A stretch of DNA of 63,460 nucleotides, filler included, from Globobulimina sp. (Eukaryota), in NCBI GenBank assembly GCA_003354225.1. It is 50 parts of 50 records of this genome, joined end to end, with 100 filler letters (N's around TTAATTAATTAA, not from the genome) between each part and the next. Parts side by side here need not be neighbours in the genome. Positions count along the whole stretch, not along the records: positions 36,880 to 38,050 come from PIVH01021754.1; positions 38,151 to 39,321 come from PIVH01021755.1; positions 39,422 to 40,592 come from PIVH01021756.1; positions 40,693 to 41,863 come from PIVH01021757.1; positions 41,964 to 43,134 come from PIVH01021758.1; positions 43,235 to 44,405 come from PIVH01021759.1; positions 44,506 to 45,676 come from PIVH01021760.1; positions 45,777 to 46,947 come from PIVH01021761.1; 42 more parts are not named here. One strand, given 5' to 3'. This document shows, in pieces, positions 36,948 through 49,589 of this stretch. Positions within the stretch are counted from its first letter, which is position 1, and every line of letters begins with the position of its first letter. The translations under genes were made by a program, and so were the position numbers. The notes beneath the pieces were generated by a model, which was not told the origin of the DNA, searched no databases, and was given only the letters and a program-made list of their open reading frames with translations.

Positions 36948-38050
36948 CTAACGATCAACATCAACAGAACGGTAATGTTTTTGAGTATATTTATTGTATA
37001 AATAAGAATGTAAATGAAGACACACAAAAATAAATGATAAACCACCAAGAATGATGGCAGCAATAAACCATTCCAAGTACTGTGAAAATACAGAGGCCGT
37101 AATGTTTGTGTTAATGGGCGTAAATGACGGACATCGAAATTGCATCGTGCCATTCTTCCATTTCCATTGTTCTGTTTCTTTGCAAACCAACTCACCGACA
37201 TAGCTCACATCTTTTGAATTACAAATAACAATCGCAACAGAATTGTAATATGAATATTCTTGCCAATAAATATTTGCATCATATGGCGACAACAAAGTTC
37301 CATCAATTTTCCCACAATCAATCTTTTCACATTGTATGTTTGAGCCACTCTCTATTTCATAGTCATCCCACATCCATTTTCCGTTCAAATTGCATTTCAA
37401 ATTTACGGGTTCTGCTTTAAATCCAATGTCACAAACAATAGGTACTGTCGACGGATAATATACACTATAATTGATTATTGATATTCTTGTGTTTTCAGGC
37501 AACGCAAATTCCGTTGAAATATTGCCGCATTTAATTCGTTTAATAATCAAATAATCAATGTTTGTCCCAAATGATCCGGAAAACTGTTGTATCGTAAGGT
37601 TATTATCTATGACTTGAACGACTTTAGATCCAATATGTAACCATTTGGTGGGATGGGATGTAGTGTTGGTTGGTTTAAACGAAGCTGTTAATAATTCTTC
37701 ACTTTCCGATATAATCTGAAACAAATTGACAATTAATTAACATATACAGATCATATCAAAGACGTAACAGTTGATGAATAATGAAATGATTGGTTTAATA
37801 TCTGTGTATCATCTGATTCCTTTAATGGTTGTCCAATTCCAATCTCTACAAAATAAAATCCATTTTTTATTTGAATATTCCAGATATCACAAACAGATAA
37901 TAAATCACATGGATTCAATGATATTCCAGTTTCTATGAATTTATGAGTATACGTAACATCTCTAATATCAATATGCCATGTATTTGATGTCAGATCTGAA
38001 TTCCATCCGAATGTAAAATTTTTGGTTAGTTTGGTATGAGTTTCCTGTAT
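36948..38050 (-). CDS. Membrane protein with Sushi/CCP-like modules (partial)
   Basis: CDIGF..LKCNLNGKW..C..IDC..C..LVCKETEQW pattern followed by a TM helix. Confidence 0.6.
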
Positions 38051-38209
38051 NNNNNNNNNNNNNNNNNNNNNNNNNNNNNNNNNNNNNNNNNNNNTTAATT
38101 AATTAANNNNNNNNNNNNNNNNNNNNNNNNNNNNNNNNNNNNNNNNNNNNTCAGCAAAAACAATTAATGAAAAAAGTAAAGTCAGTTTTTTTTTTAATGC
38201 AAAAATCAA

Positions 38210-39321
38210 ATGAACCCAAAAAGTACAAACATCAATCCTACAAAAAGAAAATTCGATAAGCATGTTTCTGACAATAAACCACATAGAAAAAAGAGAAAAT
38301 TTAATGAAATGAACATCATCGGCCAAATAGGTGCATTGTTTGAATCGAATGAATCATTGAAAGAAGAAAATAGCAAATTAAGAAAAGAAAGAGATCACTA
38401 TAAACTCGGACGCTCTCTTTACAGAAACGAAGCAAATAAATGGAAATCGAAATACAATAAATTATAGTTTGCTATATAACAGATATACACTTTGATATAT
38501 TAATGTATACATTTATTTGTTTACATATATACAGTTCACAGCATCAAGGTAATAAATTAACACTTTCTGCTATATCGCCGGTGCTGCCTCCTTCTAAATA
38601 TACGCATAAACGTACCATACCTGTTTAGTATTCGCTATTGCCTTTGCATTTTATTTATAATTCTTTACTGATACAACACAAAAGAACGGGAAACGACATA
38701 ATGTGAACAAATCTGTTGAAACACAGCAATTTGTATTTAAATTTAATCAGTTAATAAACAATGACGCAAAACAAAAAAATGATAATCAGAAATTGACTGA
38801 AAAAAAAAATAAAAATGACTCAACAGTAGACCTTGAAAATAGTTATCATATATCAGTAAATTGCCATATTTGTAAAGAGCTTTTTGATAATATTTACAAA
38901 TACGGCCTTCATTTAGAACAACATTATAACAATGATGCGAAAAGAACGTGGAAGCAATGCGAGTTTGGCTGTAACAGAAAGAAAGAAAGTGGAACCACTA
39001 AATTTATCCAACACATCGCCACTCACACAAAGGATAAAGCGTATAAATGCAACAAATGTGAGTATGCGACGGCATACAGCGACCATATTAAACGGCATTG
39101 CCAATCTCAGCACATTCATACTGACAATAAACCATTGACCATCATGAAAAACAGAAATAAAACCACTCAGAATTCGAAGGCGAAACCTATTCCAGAGCCC
39201 GTTACGGTAGATTTTGAAGATAGTTATTATGTAGCTATCAATTGTCATATTTGCAGGCAACATTTCGATGATTTGTACGAATATAAAGAACATTTAAAAC
39301 AAGAATACAATAATCACCCAA
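38210..39321 (+). CDS. Multi-exon C2H2 zinc-finger protein (partial)
   Basis: CHIC..HLEQH, CEFGC..HIATH, YKCNKCEY..HIKRHCQSQH. Confidence 0.8.
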
Positions 39322-39651
39322 NNNNNNNNNNNNNNNNNNNNNNNNNNNNNNNNNNNNNNNNNNNNTTAATTAATTAANNNNNNNNNNNNNNNNNNNNNNN
39401 NNNNNNNNNNNNNNNNNNNNNTCTAAATCCCAACTTATGACTACGACAGATTTGTCTTTTTATTAACAAATTTGAATACTTCATTAACAATTTAATTAAA
39501 ACCATCAATGGATTCAATGGAAGAATATATTTTTCGTACATGTTTGAATAAAATGGAAGCGGGCACATACCAATAACATTTCTAATTGTTTATCACCAAC
39601 TAACTGAGTGTCGATTCCATTTTACCTTAATTCATTAATTTATTATTCAGA

Positions 39652-39769
39652 ATGTCCGATCGCGGAAAAGGAGGTAAAGGTTTAGGAAAAGGCGGTGCCA
39701 AACGTTTCAGAAAAGGAGGAAGGAAATATTGCAGGAATTACAAAGCCAGCCATCAGACGTTTAGCGCGA
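39652..39769 (+). pseudogene. Truncated, frameshifted histone H4 fragment
   Basis: MSDRGKGGKGLGKGGAKRFRK, then in another frame NIAGITKPAIRRLAR; homology ends there. Confidence 0.85.
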
Positions 39770-39866
39770 AGCCATAAATTTAGTTATACCACCATCACTG
39801 ACACCTCCACAACAACCGATAGCAGAGCCTCCAGCATCAGTCGTTAGGCAATATTTTAAATATGCC

Positions 39867-40250
39867 ATGCATTTTGTTTATCATTCTGGAAAAACAAACT
39901 CCGGCAAAATAAGAGGAGTTTTTGCAAATAATACGGAAAAATCTCCGTATTATATTCCGAAACATTACAAATTGCCGAATGGTACATTCAAATGGCCACT
40001 GAAATTGGTAATTCGTTCATGTTTAGAGATGGCAAAGAAAGTTGGTTTGGTGACAATATTGGATATTAAAAAAGAGGGACACAACACACATTGGTCGTGT
40101 TCGGTGGAATTCCCATTTATTTTCCCGACATGGAATGGTAAATCACCGCGAGAAAGACGAGATTTATACAAATTGATCAAGAGCCAAATTTTGATGCAGC
40201 ATTTATTGACAACGGGCGACATCGGCCTAGAGACTAATAAATTTTTTTGA
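39867..40250 (+). CDS. Hypothetical protein
   Basis: 127-aa ORF with no recognised motif. Confidence 0.35.
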   Translation: MHFVYHSGKTNSGKIRGVFANNTEKSPYYIPKHYKLPNGTFKWPLKLVIRSCLEMAKKVGLVTILDIKKEGHNTHWSCSVEFPFIFPTWNGKSPRERRDLYKLIKSQILMQHLLTTGDIGLETNKFF

Positions 40251-40692
40251 GAGACTAAAAAATTTGTATTTTATTTAAGTAGATTTGGGAAATTTGAATC
40301 GATTTGATAGATTTGAGAAATTTATAAATCACACAATTCAGACAAACTAGTTGATTTGAGAAATTTGAATCTGGTATGAATTTCTCAAATCAGGTACTGG
40401 CTCTGTTTTGATGGTCATATTTCCATAATGTTTTGAGGTAAATTTAATTGATAGAGAGAATTTTTTATTTTATTTTGTACGCTGTCATATAGTCATTATT
40501 TTCGATCACTGTCAAATTTGCTGAATTTAATCGATCCATTCCCCATGAAATACAACGAAGGCAGCAAATGATTTGAATAGAATACATTGGCGNNNNNNNN
40601 NNNNNNNNNNNNNNNNNNNNNNNNNNNNNNNNNNNNTTAATTAATTAANNNNNNNNNNNNNNNNNNNNNNNNNNNNNNNNNNNNNNNNNNNN

Positions 40693-41785
40693 TGCCGCCG
40701 CGGGCGATGTGCTGCACGATTTGGTACACATTGTCTTGTAAGTCCTGGAAAGCTAAGTCTTTCTTTAAGTGTTTGATCACATCGCCCAGCAAAATGTCGA
40801 TTTCTTTCTTGCCGAAGTGCTGCAACAGATACTCGACGTAGACACTGGCGACGGTCACATATTCCTTGGCGTCGGAGATCTTGGCCACGACCTTCCAGAT
40901 TTCGTTGAGCAGCGTCAGCCGGATCTTTTGCGGCGGCGCCTGGTTTACGATGGAACGGCCCAATTCTTGGTACAACGCAGAACGAGGCACCGTAGTCACA
41001 AACGACTCTTTTATCAGTCGACTCACACCTTTTTTTTGTGGAATTAATCTCAAAATAAAACAATTAAAACAAAAACAAAACCTTTGGCGTGTTTGGAGAT
41101 GAATTTGTCGTCAAATTTATTCAAGATATGCAGCAAAATGATGCTGTTGTTCCAGCCTTCTTTGTACCGCTGAACCAGACCGAAAAACTCTTCTTCGTTG
41201 GCTTTGTAGCCAATGCATTGAACGACCCAATCTAAGCACGGCGTAAATAAGTCGATGTAGTCCGCTTTGTTGATCTTTTCCTTTTTGATACACAGCACGA
41301 ACTTAAACGAACTCTTTTCGATCTCGTTGAATGTGAACAAAAAGTCGTCGAACGTAGACAGCAAAACCGGCCGCATCTTTTCCTTCAACACCATAAAGCC
41401 GACGTGGATCAAATAAGCGCGAGCATAGGCGGCCACCAATGCATCTCCGATGCCTCGGATCATAAACGATAATCGTTCCAATATTTTCAACAACTCTGAT
41501 GGCTGTCGGATGTATCTCCAGCACCGAAACAAACTCAACTCGATGAAGAGTCGCGGCGACAACTCGCGAATGCACGCGATTTTATAAAACCAATTCTGAC
41601 ACGTTTCGGAAGCTTCTAAGTTCACATCGACCGCCGTGAAATTCTCACGCAACACTCGTTTGCTCTCCTTTTGCGCGCCTTTCTTGCGGCCGATGTTGGT
41701 GCTGTCCTCGCCCACCGCTTTCATGGCTAACCGCTCAAACACTAATTCGCCAAAACTGTCCAAGATGTCCGCTACCAACACAATG
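40693..41785 (-). CDS. VPS35L: VPS35-like retriever subunit (C16orf62), internal part, intron ~41029-41081
   Basis: DILDSFGELVFERL, ETCQNWFYKIACIRELSPRL, RGIGDALVAAYARAYL, LLNEIWKVV. Confidence 0.9.
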
Positions 41786-41863
41786 TCATGCCCGGCGCGA
41801 ATCAAGTTGGTCAGACAGGTATGACGCAGTATATGAGGCGAGAGTGAGAGATTCGCATTTTGT
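41770..41863 (-). CDS. Tyrosine recombinase/integrase box II fragment (chimeric)
   Basis: LSPHILRHTCLTNLIRAGHDIVLVAD matches HxLRH..T.L...G.D...V. Confidence 0.75.
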
Positions 41864-41963
41864 NNNNNNNNNNNNNNNNNNNNNNNNNNNNNNNNNNNNN
41901 NNNNNNNTTAATTAATTAANNNNNNNNNNNNNNNNNNNNNNNNNNNNNNNNNNNNNNNNNNNN

Positions 41964-42537
41964 TTTTTTGAATAATTGTGATTTATACAATGTTACCACA
42001 GTACACAATACATTAACAAATAAAAAAGATTTACATAATTTTATTTCAAGTAATGGGAAAATATGTATTTGTCCATTAACAGAATGTAATTTAGGTGATG
42101 GGATTTTTAATAATTTGGAGTTAGGAAATGAATTAATATCAAATATATGCATTGGGAGTGATTGCAATGCGCGAATTGATTTGTTTGAAGAGCTACGAAT
42201 GTTGGAATATTCGCAAAGATTAAAATATAAAAAAAGAGGAATTTATGCAAATAAATCTGGTGATCCAAATATATGCAATGTATTATTTAATATTGCCACA
42301 GTTCAAGGATCCAATTCATTACATTTAAATAATGGGGAGATTAAAAAAAACAAATTTGCTGATTTGGTTTGTATTGATTTGTTAGCAATGTGCTTAAAAG
42401 GATGGACGATAAATACATTATTACCAAGCATAATATTTGGTGGCAGTGGCTATGAAGTTGTATCTGATTCATGTATCCATGGTAAATGGATGCATTACAA
42501 ATCAAATCAATCGTCATTATCAAAGGCCAAATTGTAA
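41964..42537 (+). CDS. Formiminoglutamate deiminase (HutF)-like amidohydrolase, C-terminal part
   Basis: ICPLTECNLGDGIF, IGSDCNARIDLFEELRMLEYSQRL, ADLVCIDL. Confidence 0.8.
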
Positions 42538-42789
42538 AGGCTGAGAAAAAACTTTTTACCTTGAGGTTCACAGAAATTTCATTACCAAATATCATGGTGA
42601 ATCTTCTATTTTTTTCTATCATTTGCTAACACATACATTCACGTCATAAAATATCAGAAAATTCGTAACTTATCCAAATCATTACAATCATTGCATCGCA
42701 ATCCACGTCACCAACACTTACCTCATCTATCATTTAGCACCACATTAACAGATGCAATTACTGACAATGCCTCTACTCAATTAACAGAA

Positions 42790-43134
42790 ATGTTTAAACT
42801 GAACGCATCTAAATCGCATAATATTTATCGCCACTCTCAACATATAATATCTACACTCACAACAATGGATAATCGATGCCGTAACATGCAAAGCAAAAAC
42901 CCAGTCATTCAACATGACCAATTAACACCTGCAATATTAACAAAATTTGTTCCAGACATCTACAAACATAAAGATGTAAAGGCCAGATTTGCCGGAATTG
43001 GCTCTTACATTGAACCATATCGCACATTATATATGGATCAGTTGTTAAAAAATTTCATATTTGACAATCAAACAAAAGAGTATCATGTAATTGAGCTAGG
43101 CATTGGCTTTGATTTTCGAATTGAACGCATCTTA
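42790..43134 (+). CDS. SAM-dependent methyltransferase (leucine carboxyl methyltransferase-like), partial
   Basis: RTLYMDQLL..VIELGIGFDFR. Confidence 0.6.
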
Positions 43135-43637
43135 NNNNNNNNNNNNNNNNNNNNNNNNNNNNNNNNNNNNNNNNNNNNTTAATTAATTAANNNNNNNNNN
43201 NNNNNNNNNNNNNNNNNNNNNNNNNNNNNNNNNNGTCTGGCGACGGCTTGTATGAAGGCTTGGAAGGGCTTTCAAACAAAATAAACACCAAAAAACATGT
43301 TCCAAATACACAAAAAAATAATTATAAGCAATTACAATAGTATTGAATTAAGTTTTGATTGGGAATTAATTGTTTTTGGTGGTCGTGGTTCATTGTAGAT
43401 TGTTTTAAAGTTTATTTCACTTTTTTTTTTCCTTTTTCTTTAGTTTTATAATTGACATACTGGTTTATGTCATATCTGTATTACTGTATACTGCACTTTC
43501 CACAGAACAAGCAATATAAAATTGGTAGCAGATATTTCGAAGATAGTGATATGCACAGATTTATGCAGATATACTTTGCACTGCACCTGGCAAAAAATAA
43601 AAATCTTGTATGTGATACTCAAAAACATTGTGACTGA

Positions 43638-44405
43638 ATGGCAAACTCAGAAGGTAGACCAGATGAAGATGAGCCATCAGACGTAATAATAATGCAAGGC
43701 TGGTTAGAGAAACAAAGCGATCATTTAAAAAAATGGCGAAAAAGATGGACTATCATCATACAACGAGTCGACAATCAATATTTTATTGAAACATATAAAA
43801 AAATGAAGCTGTTACATAGCAGGAATAATAACAATAATAATGCAACTTCGATGATAAATATTTCCCAGAATTTGCGGATCAAACAGCATAAATACAATGA
43901 TAATACCTCGGGTTTCATCATAAATATAGATTCTGCCAAATTGTCATATGAATTTAAAGTATATTCCATATACAATCACATTATACGCGAATGGATAAAT
44001 TGCATTGAAAGGATAAAATATAAACAATTCCCCTTAAAAACAAGTGATGCAATCAATCGAATCTCCAATAATCAAAAACTAAAATCACAATATTTATATC
44101 AACAAAATTCATCTTCAATTATGATTTATGACCATTATAAATTCATATTTTTATATTATTCTCGCATTTATTTATCCAATGACAATCCAAATGGAAAATT
44201 AATGAAATTAATTATATCATATTGCAATTTTGACGAAAACGATGAAAATTTAAAATGTTTTAAATGGATCCGCAACTTATCAATGTTACAAAACGTCGAA
44301 ACGCAGCGATATTATACACCGACCATTGTTTATCACACTTTCAATGAAAATTGTGGCGCTTCCATTGCTGGCCATTATTTCACTAAAAATCTATATGTCG
44401 AAAAT
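43638..44405 (+). CDS. PH-domain protein, 3' partial
   Basis: MQGWLEKQSDHLKKWRKRW...REWINCI. Confidence 0.8.
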
Positions 44406-44665
44406 NNNNNNNNNNNNNNNNNNNNNNNNNNNNNNNNNNNNNNNNNNNNTTAATTAATTAANNNNNNNNNNNNNNNNNNNNNNNNNNNNNNNNNNNNNNN
44501 NNNNNGTTTTACAATGTGTTTTGTATTGTTTTTTACACTGTTTCATCAATGTTTTATCATGTTTTATGTTGTTTTATAATGTGTTTTGTTTTGACCGGGA
44601 TACTTACTCTAGGGAGACCCATCCCATGATAGGTACAAATCCTATACTCCTGTATATATAGCAAC

Positions 44666-45380
44666 GTTTTTTTGTTTTTATTTTATTTTTGTTTTAAGAG
44701 CCTCAATTGAACGGATCCAACATAGAACCACGACGAAAAAGTGTCAGGTGTTGGATATTGGCATTAAATAACAAAATTGTGTGAAAAAAGAACAGAAACA
44801 AGAAAACTTTGTAAAAAGGAAAGAAAACAAACAATCAATAACATATAAAAAAAGAAAATAATAAATGATAAAACAATATTTAATTGACTAAATTTAATGT
44901 ATGATGATAACTGGTTAATAATAAAATGATAATCCTGGGTTATAAAAAAGATAGAATATGACTGGTTTATGTTTGATAAATGTTATAATGATTTAGGAGA
45001 GCAATGGCATTCGCTTTCATCAGACAGGAACTGATATATTGAAAGCAATAACCAATTGACTCAGCTATCTCTATGTTAATATTAGCTGCACGTCGCTGTG
45101 CGATACATTTGATAAATTTCACGGCTTCGCGATGGAAACCACCATAATCTTCCATAACGATAGGAAAATATATTAAATGGCGTGTATTAATATATTATTA
45201 ATATTATTATCACTGGCATACTTTTTATATTTATTAATTTTATGATTATATAATTTGTTTGCTGCGCATAATAAATGTTTACTTGATTCAACATAATTAT
45301 TCTCAGAACAAACGGCTGTTACTCCAATGTCAAAGGCATACTCTTCGCCGTTAATACCCCAATTTTTAATAAAAATATCA
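44666..45380 (-). mobile_element. 3' end of a REL-endonuclease non-LTR retrotransposon (CRE/SLACS-like), frameshifted
   Basis: DIFIKNWG..AFDIGVT..HKINKY..(fs)..YFPIVMEDYGGF..AVKFI..ISSCLMKANA; T-rich 3' UTR and degenerate A-tail at ~44666-44695. Confidence 0.7.
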
Positions 45381-45776
45381 AATAAGTGCCCGCATTTCTA
45401 TTCATTTGCGCTAATTGAGCTGCTCGGTCCTTATCTTGTTTGCTTTGCATCAAATTATTTAATTGTCGCACTCAAAAGTCCTTAGGTATATGCGATGCGT
45501 GAAAAACCTAAGTTTAAGCACTTTAACTCTAGGAACCCAGACCAACCCATAATGGAACCTGGATTTGAGCATGTAAATCGCTATTACGATAAACAACATC
45601 AGTTATTTCAACTTCACTTTGGGCTTGGCCGCCAGCCGGAAAGTATTCTTTAATCGTTAATAACGTCACATTTATTNNNNNNNNNNNNNNNNNNNNNNNN
45701 NNNNNNNNNNNNNNNNNNNNTTAATTAATTAANNNNNNNNNNNNNNNNNNNNNNNNNNNNNNNNNNNNNNNNNNNN

Positions 45777-45913
45777 AATTCGTGGAATTTCTCAAAGGCT
45801 TCTTTTTGTTTTTTATTATCTGAGGATTGGATGTATTCAATCAAATTGATTATTATTCCTATTTTTTCCATGTCCGGCTGCCAATTAGTATCGTTCGGTG
45901 ATGTACCGTTCAT
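45777..45913 (-). CDS. Possible transportin-like N-terminus
   Basis: WQPD...I..LI..IQSSDNKKQK resembles the transportin-1 first helix pair. Confidence 0.35.
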
Positions 45914-46026
45914 TGTGAATTTGTAGATGTGAGAAGAGGTGAAATAAACTTTTTTTTAAAGGGCACTTATAATTACATTGACTAAGTCTCCATTCCCACA
46001 AAGGAACAAATAGTTTGCCTTGTACA

Positions 46027-46947
46027 TTATTTGTCAATTACTTGTGTATCCGAATAAGTACCTTCTTTATCTTTATCTTTCTGTTTAAGTGCTTGGAAAT
46101 GATTATAAATTGCATTTCTATCCTTGAAACTCTTAATACCCATTGTAAATAAATCATTTTTTTCAATATCAATCAAATCCGTTCCACGTATTCCTTGTTC
46201 AGTGAATGACTTCAATAATATATCGGAATGATCCCCAAATTTTCCATTCTCCAACAAGCAAATATATCTAACAATATCTTTTGGTTTCCAATTCTGTATA
46301 TTTGTGCATCAGATTCATGCAGAAATTAAGCCACATTCAATCAGAGGAAACGTTTGTTTCTCAACTTTATAATTTGAAACATCCGGAGTAACGGCCTTAG
46401 CTACCTCAGCTTTCACAGAAGTCAATTTATGTTTTACATCGTCTAATGATTGTTCAATTTCTTTAAATTCTGTTTGCGAGACATCAATTTTCTGCTGTAA
46501 ATTTAATAATTCACTCAAAGGAGCAACTTTAAACTCAGCAGCATCAAATTGATTCAACATTTCTAATTTGTTGGATATTGCTGATTTAATGCCATCTAAA
46601 GATGCTAATGATGGAAAATTACCGCTATGTCTAAACGATATAATTGTGAATGATTGTCCAGCTGTATCAAGCTGTGCAGCTAATCGATAGGATTTATTTG
46701 GTTCACTAGCAACAGTAACCATTTTATGTCGATCATTATTCTTGTAAAAAGATACTTTATTTTGATCTAAATCCAATTTTATGGTTATAACATCATTGTT
46801 TTTATCAATTTTTTCTACTGCATTCCTTGCTTTTCCGCGAACATAAATATTAGAAGAGTACCATACAATGCATTTACTGTTAATATAACTTCATCTAATT
46901 TAAATATATCTGTTGTTGGCACAATACCAATTTCTGCACAACATTGT
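46027..46947 (-). CDS. SPRY/B30.2-like, coiled-coil and SAM domain protein, spliced
   Basis: DVITIKLDLDQNKVSFYKN (SPRY); after the intron NWKPKDIVRYI..EQGIRGTDL..DL..MGIKSFKDR (SAM). Confidence 0.7.
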
Positions 46948-47047
46948 NNNNNNNNNNNNNNNNNNNNNNNNNNNNNNNNNNNNNNNNNNNNTTAATTAAT
47001 TAANNNNNNNNNNNNNNNNNNNNNNNNNNNNNNNNNNNNNNNNNNNN

Positions 47048-48218
47048 TAAGATATTGATTAACCGCACTATCACTGGCACCAATCATCAATTGTTCTTTT
47101 AAAAATATTTCAATCTTATGCCATTCTAAGAATCTCAACGCAGTCTTTCCAAACGATAATATATTCTGATAATTATCTCTCAACAAACAAATTGCCAAAA
47201 CACAATAATGTACAAAATTATTCCATCCTTTGCCTCTCTCTCCGCCCATAATTGATTGCAAATCCTGTGTAATGGCAAATTTTGATGCATCCAAACCACT
47301 CAATTTCTCACCTAAAACATATCCATAATCAATATGAAACAATGTACCGTCTTTTCGGATTAATATATTGTCAGAATGTCTGTCTCTTATCCCCATTATA
47401 AATGCACCGATGTAACTACCCACAGCTGTCGCTATCAATTTATTCACTGTTATTTGATCCCAATTGCTACGTTTCTTAATATCTGTTAAGGGAATACAAT
47501 CTGATATATGTTGAATACATCCATAATGTTCACCCATTGCTATGCATTCGTACGTAAACGACTCAACACAGATTCCATTATATTTTAAGTTATTTAATTT
47601 CCAAATATCATTAAATAAATGAAACATAGTTGAAATGCTTGAATCTTTGCGCAAATCATCTCCTTTTTTAAATATCATTTGTGATGAAAGTAAATTATTA
47701 CAATATAATGACAGTAATAATGGTTTTGCATTCGAATTATAAATACTTTGAACTTGAATGGTTGTTAAATTATTATTGCCATTGATAGGGTCACAAAATA
47801 TATTTCTTTGAATATTTACTTTAAATCCAGCGGTTATATTTATTTTTATTTTCTCGTAAATATCATCATTTTCTTTAGTTTCATTGTCAATGTATTTAAA
47901 TGTAAATATTTCAAATAATTCCAATACGTTTTGACCATCATATTCAAGCTCATTCACTATGAATTCATGTTTTTTTATTTTTTGTTTTAATTTGCATTTT
48001 TTTGATAATTTAAATCCATTCTCATTTGCGTTAAGGTTTTTTTTTTCATTCAATGAATTATATAATTTATACAATATTTGCTTTTGTCTGATTTCTATCA
48101 AATCCTTAACTTTGACTTGTACCATTTTAGGTTTTTTCATTCGTAATTTTGATTTTTGTCGATTTATATTGTTTTTATTGTTATTGTTTTCATCGTTTTC
48201 ATTGTTTCTATGTTGATT
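47048..48218 (-). CDS. Phosphatidylinositol 3-kinase catalytic domain (partial)
   Basis: SNAKPL, IFKKGDDLRKD, MGIRDRHSDNIL, LFHIDYG. Confidence 0.92.
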
Positions 48219-48420
48219 NNNNNNNNNNNNNNNNNNNNNNNNNNNNNNNNNNNNNNNNNNNNTTAATTAATTAANNNNNNNNNNNNNNNNNNNNNNNNNN
48301 NNNNNNNNNNNNNNNNNNAATAGTCAGTGTTCTACAGGAGATATTTTGATCTAAAATTGCAAGGCCTTGCGTTTTTAAATCTCACCATAGAGAGCACCGA
48401 CATCGATTTTGTCAGTTCTG

Positions 48421-49489
48421 TCACTTCGAGCCGGATAAGGATTTATACAATTACATCAACCAATCAGCGTTCTTCTTGACATACTGTTCATCCTTCCTTT
48501 TTGTCCTTTCCTCCACATACCGCTCATACTACACAGCCGAAAACATATATTTTTGCCCAATATAATAATTCTGCCGTCCAGTCTGACTGATATGTTCGAG
48601 GTCCGGTTACGTATACTTCCTTGTCCTTCTCAATTGGGCAATGCTAACATAAATTAGCCCACTGACTGCTAAAAATTCTTATACAATTCTAATCTTAATA
48701 TAAAATTTCATTATCTATTATTTCACACTATTTATATTATGTTTATATATATATACCTACAGTGACGCTAGCAAAATGTATTATTACTATCTCCACTGTC
48801 CACTCGTCCATCTGGCTGTTCTATCCTGTCTTCGGTGCCCACCCCGACCTGTCCTTCTGTGCCACATCGATTTCTAGAGGTTTACAACCGAAATGCACCG
48901 ACAGCGTTTGGCGCTGTGCCCACAATTGCCGCTCTATTACTAAAAATATAAACAATGTTTATCATTACGTTACAGAATTTTAAATAATATATTCAACACA
49001 CAGTGCTAACATTCAGAATACCAAAATGAGTTTTTTAATTCTTATATTCTCGATACCTAAACACAATATATACAAAAGTTTATTACATTATACATTATTA
49101 ATCTTTCTTTGAATTACCCTTCAACCTACACAAATACCATATACACACTTTACAATGTTCACAATGTATACTGTAAGCAAACAACGCTATTAATACTATG
49201 CACAAGTACAGAATAAGTTTCCTTTTTGTTGATGTTACTTGTTTTTGTACTGTAACTACCATTTGTTTTGTCTGTTGCTTGCTAACTGCAGCTACCAGTA
49301 TAAGTGCTTGTTGTGCCTTTTCCGAAAAGAATGTTTGAGGTGGCAACAAACTGGATGTCTCTTCTTGCGATGTCTTTAATCCATATGTTACAGGTGTTGC
49401 CATAAATGTCTCTGTATCCCGTCCCTTTTGGCTCGATTGAATCGGATTTCTTGCCGTATATTCGTCATAGATAGCTTGGTTTCTTATGA
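48421..49489 (-). CDS. Spliced membrane-protein gene with in-frame TAA/TAG codons (recoded or pseudogene)
   Basis: GT..TTTAG introns on the minus strand; exons 48939-48757 and 48668-48421 join in phase across a TM helix; first in-frame TGA at 48421-48423. Confidence 0.45.
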
Positions 49490-49589
49490 NNNNNNNNNNN
49501 NNNNNNNNNNNNNNNNNNNNNNNNNNNNNNNNNTTAATTAATTAANNNNNNNNNNNNNNNNNNNNNNNNNNNNNNNNNNNNNNNNNNNN

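Noticed and set aside
44600..44652. ATACTTAC..GGGAGA..CCATGAT resembling the U1 snRNA 5' end
   Set aside because: Lacks the ACCTG completion, the later stem-loops and an Sm site; too short.
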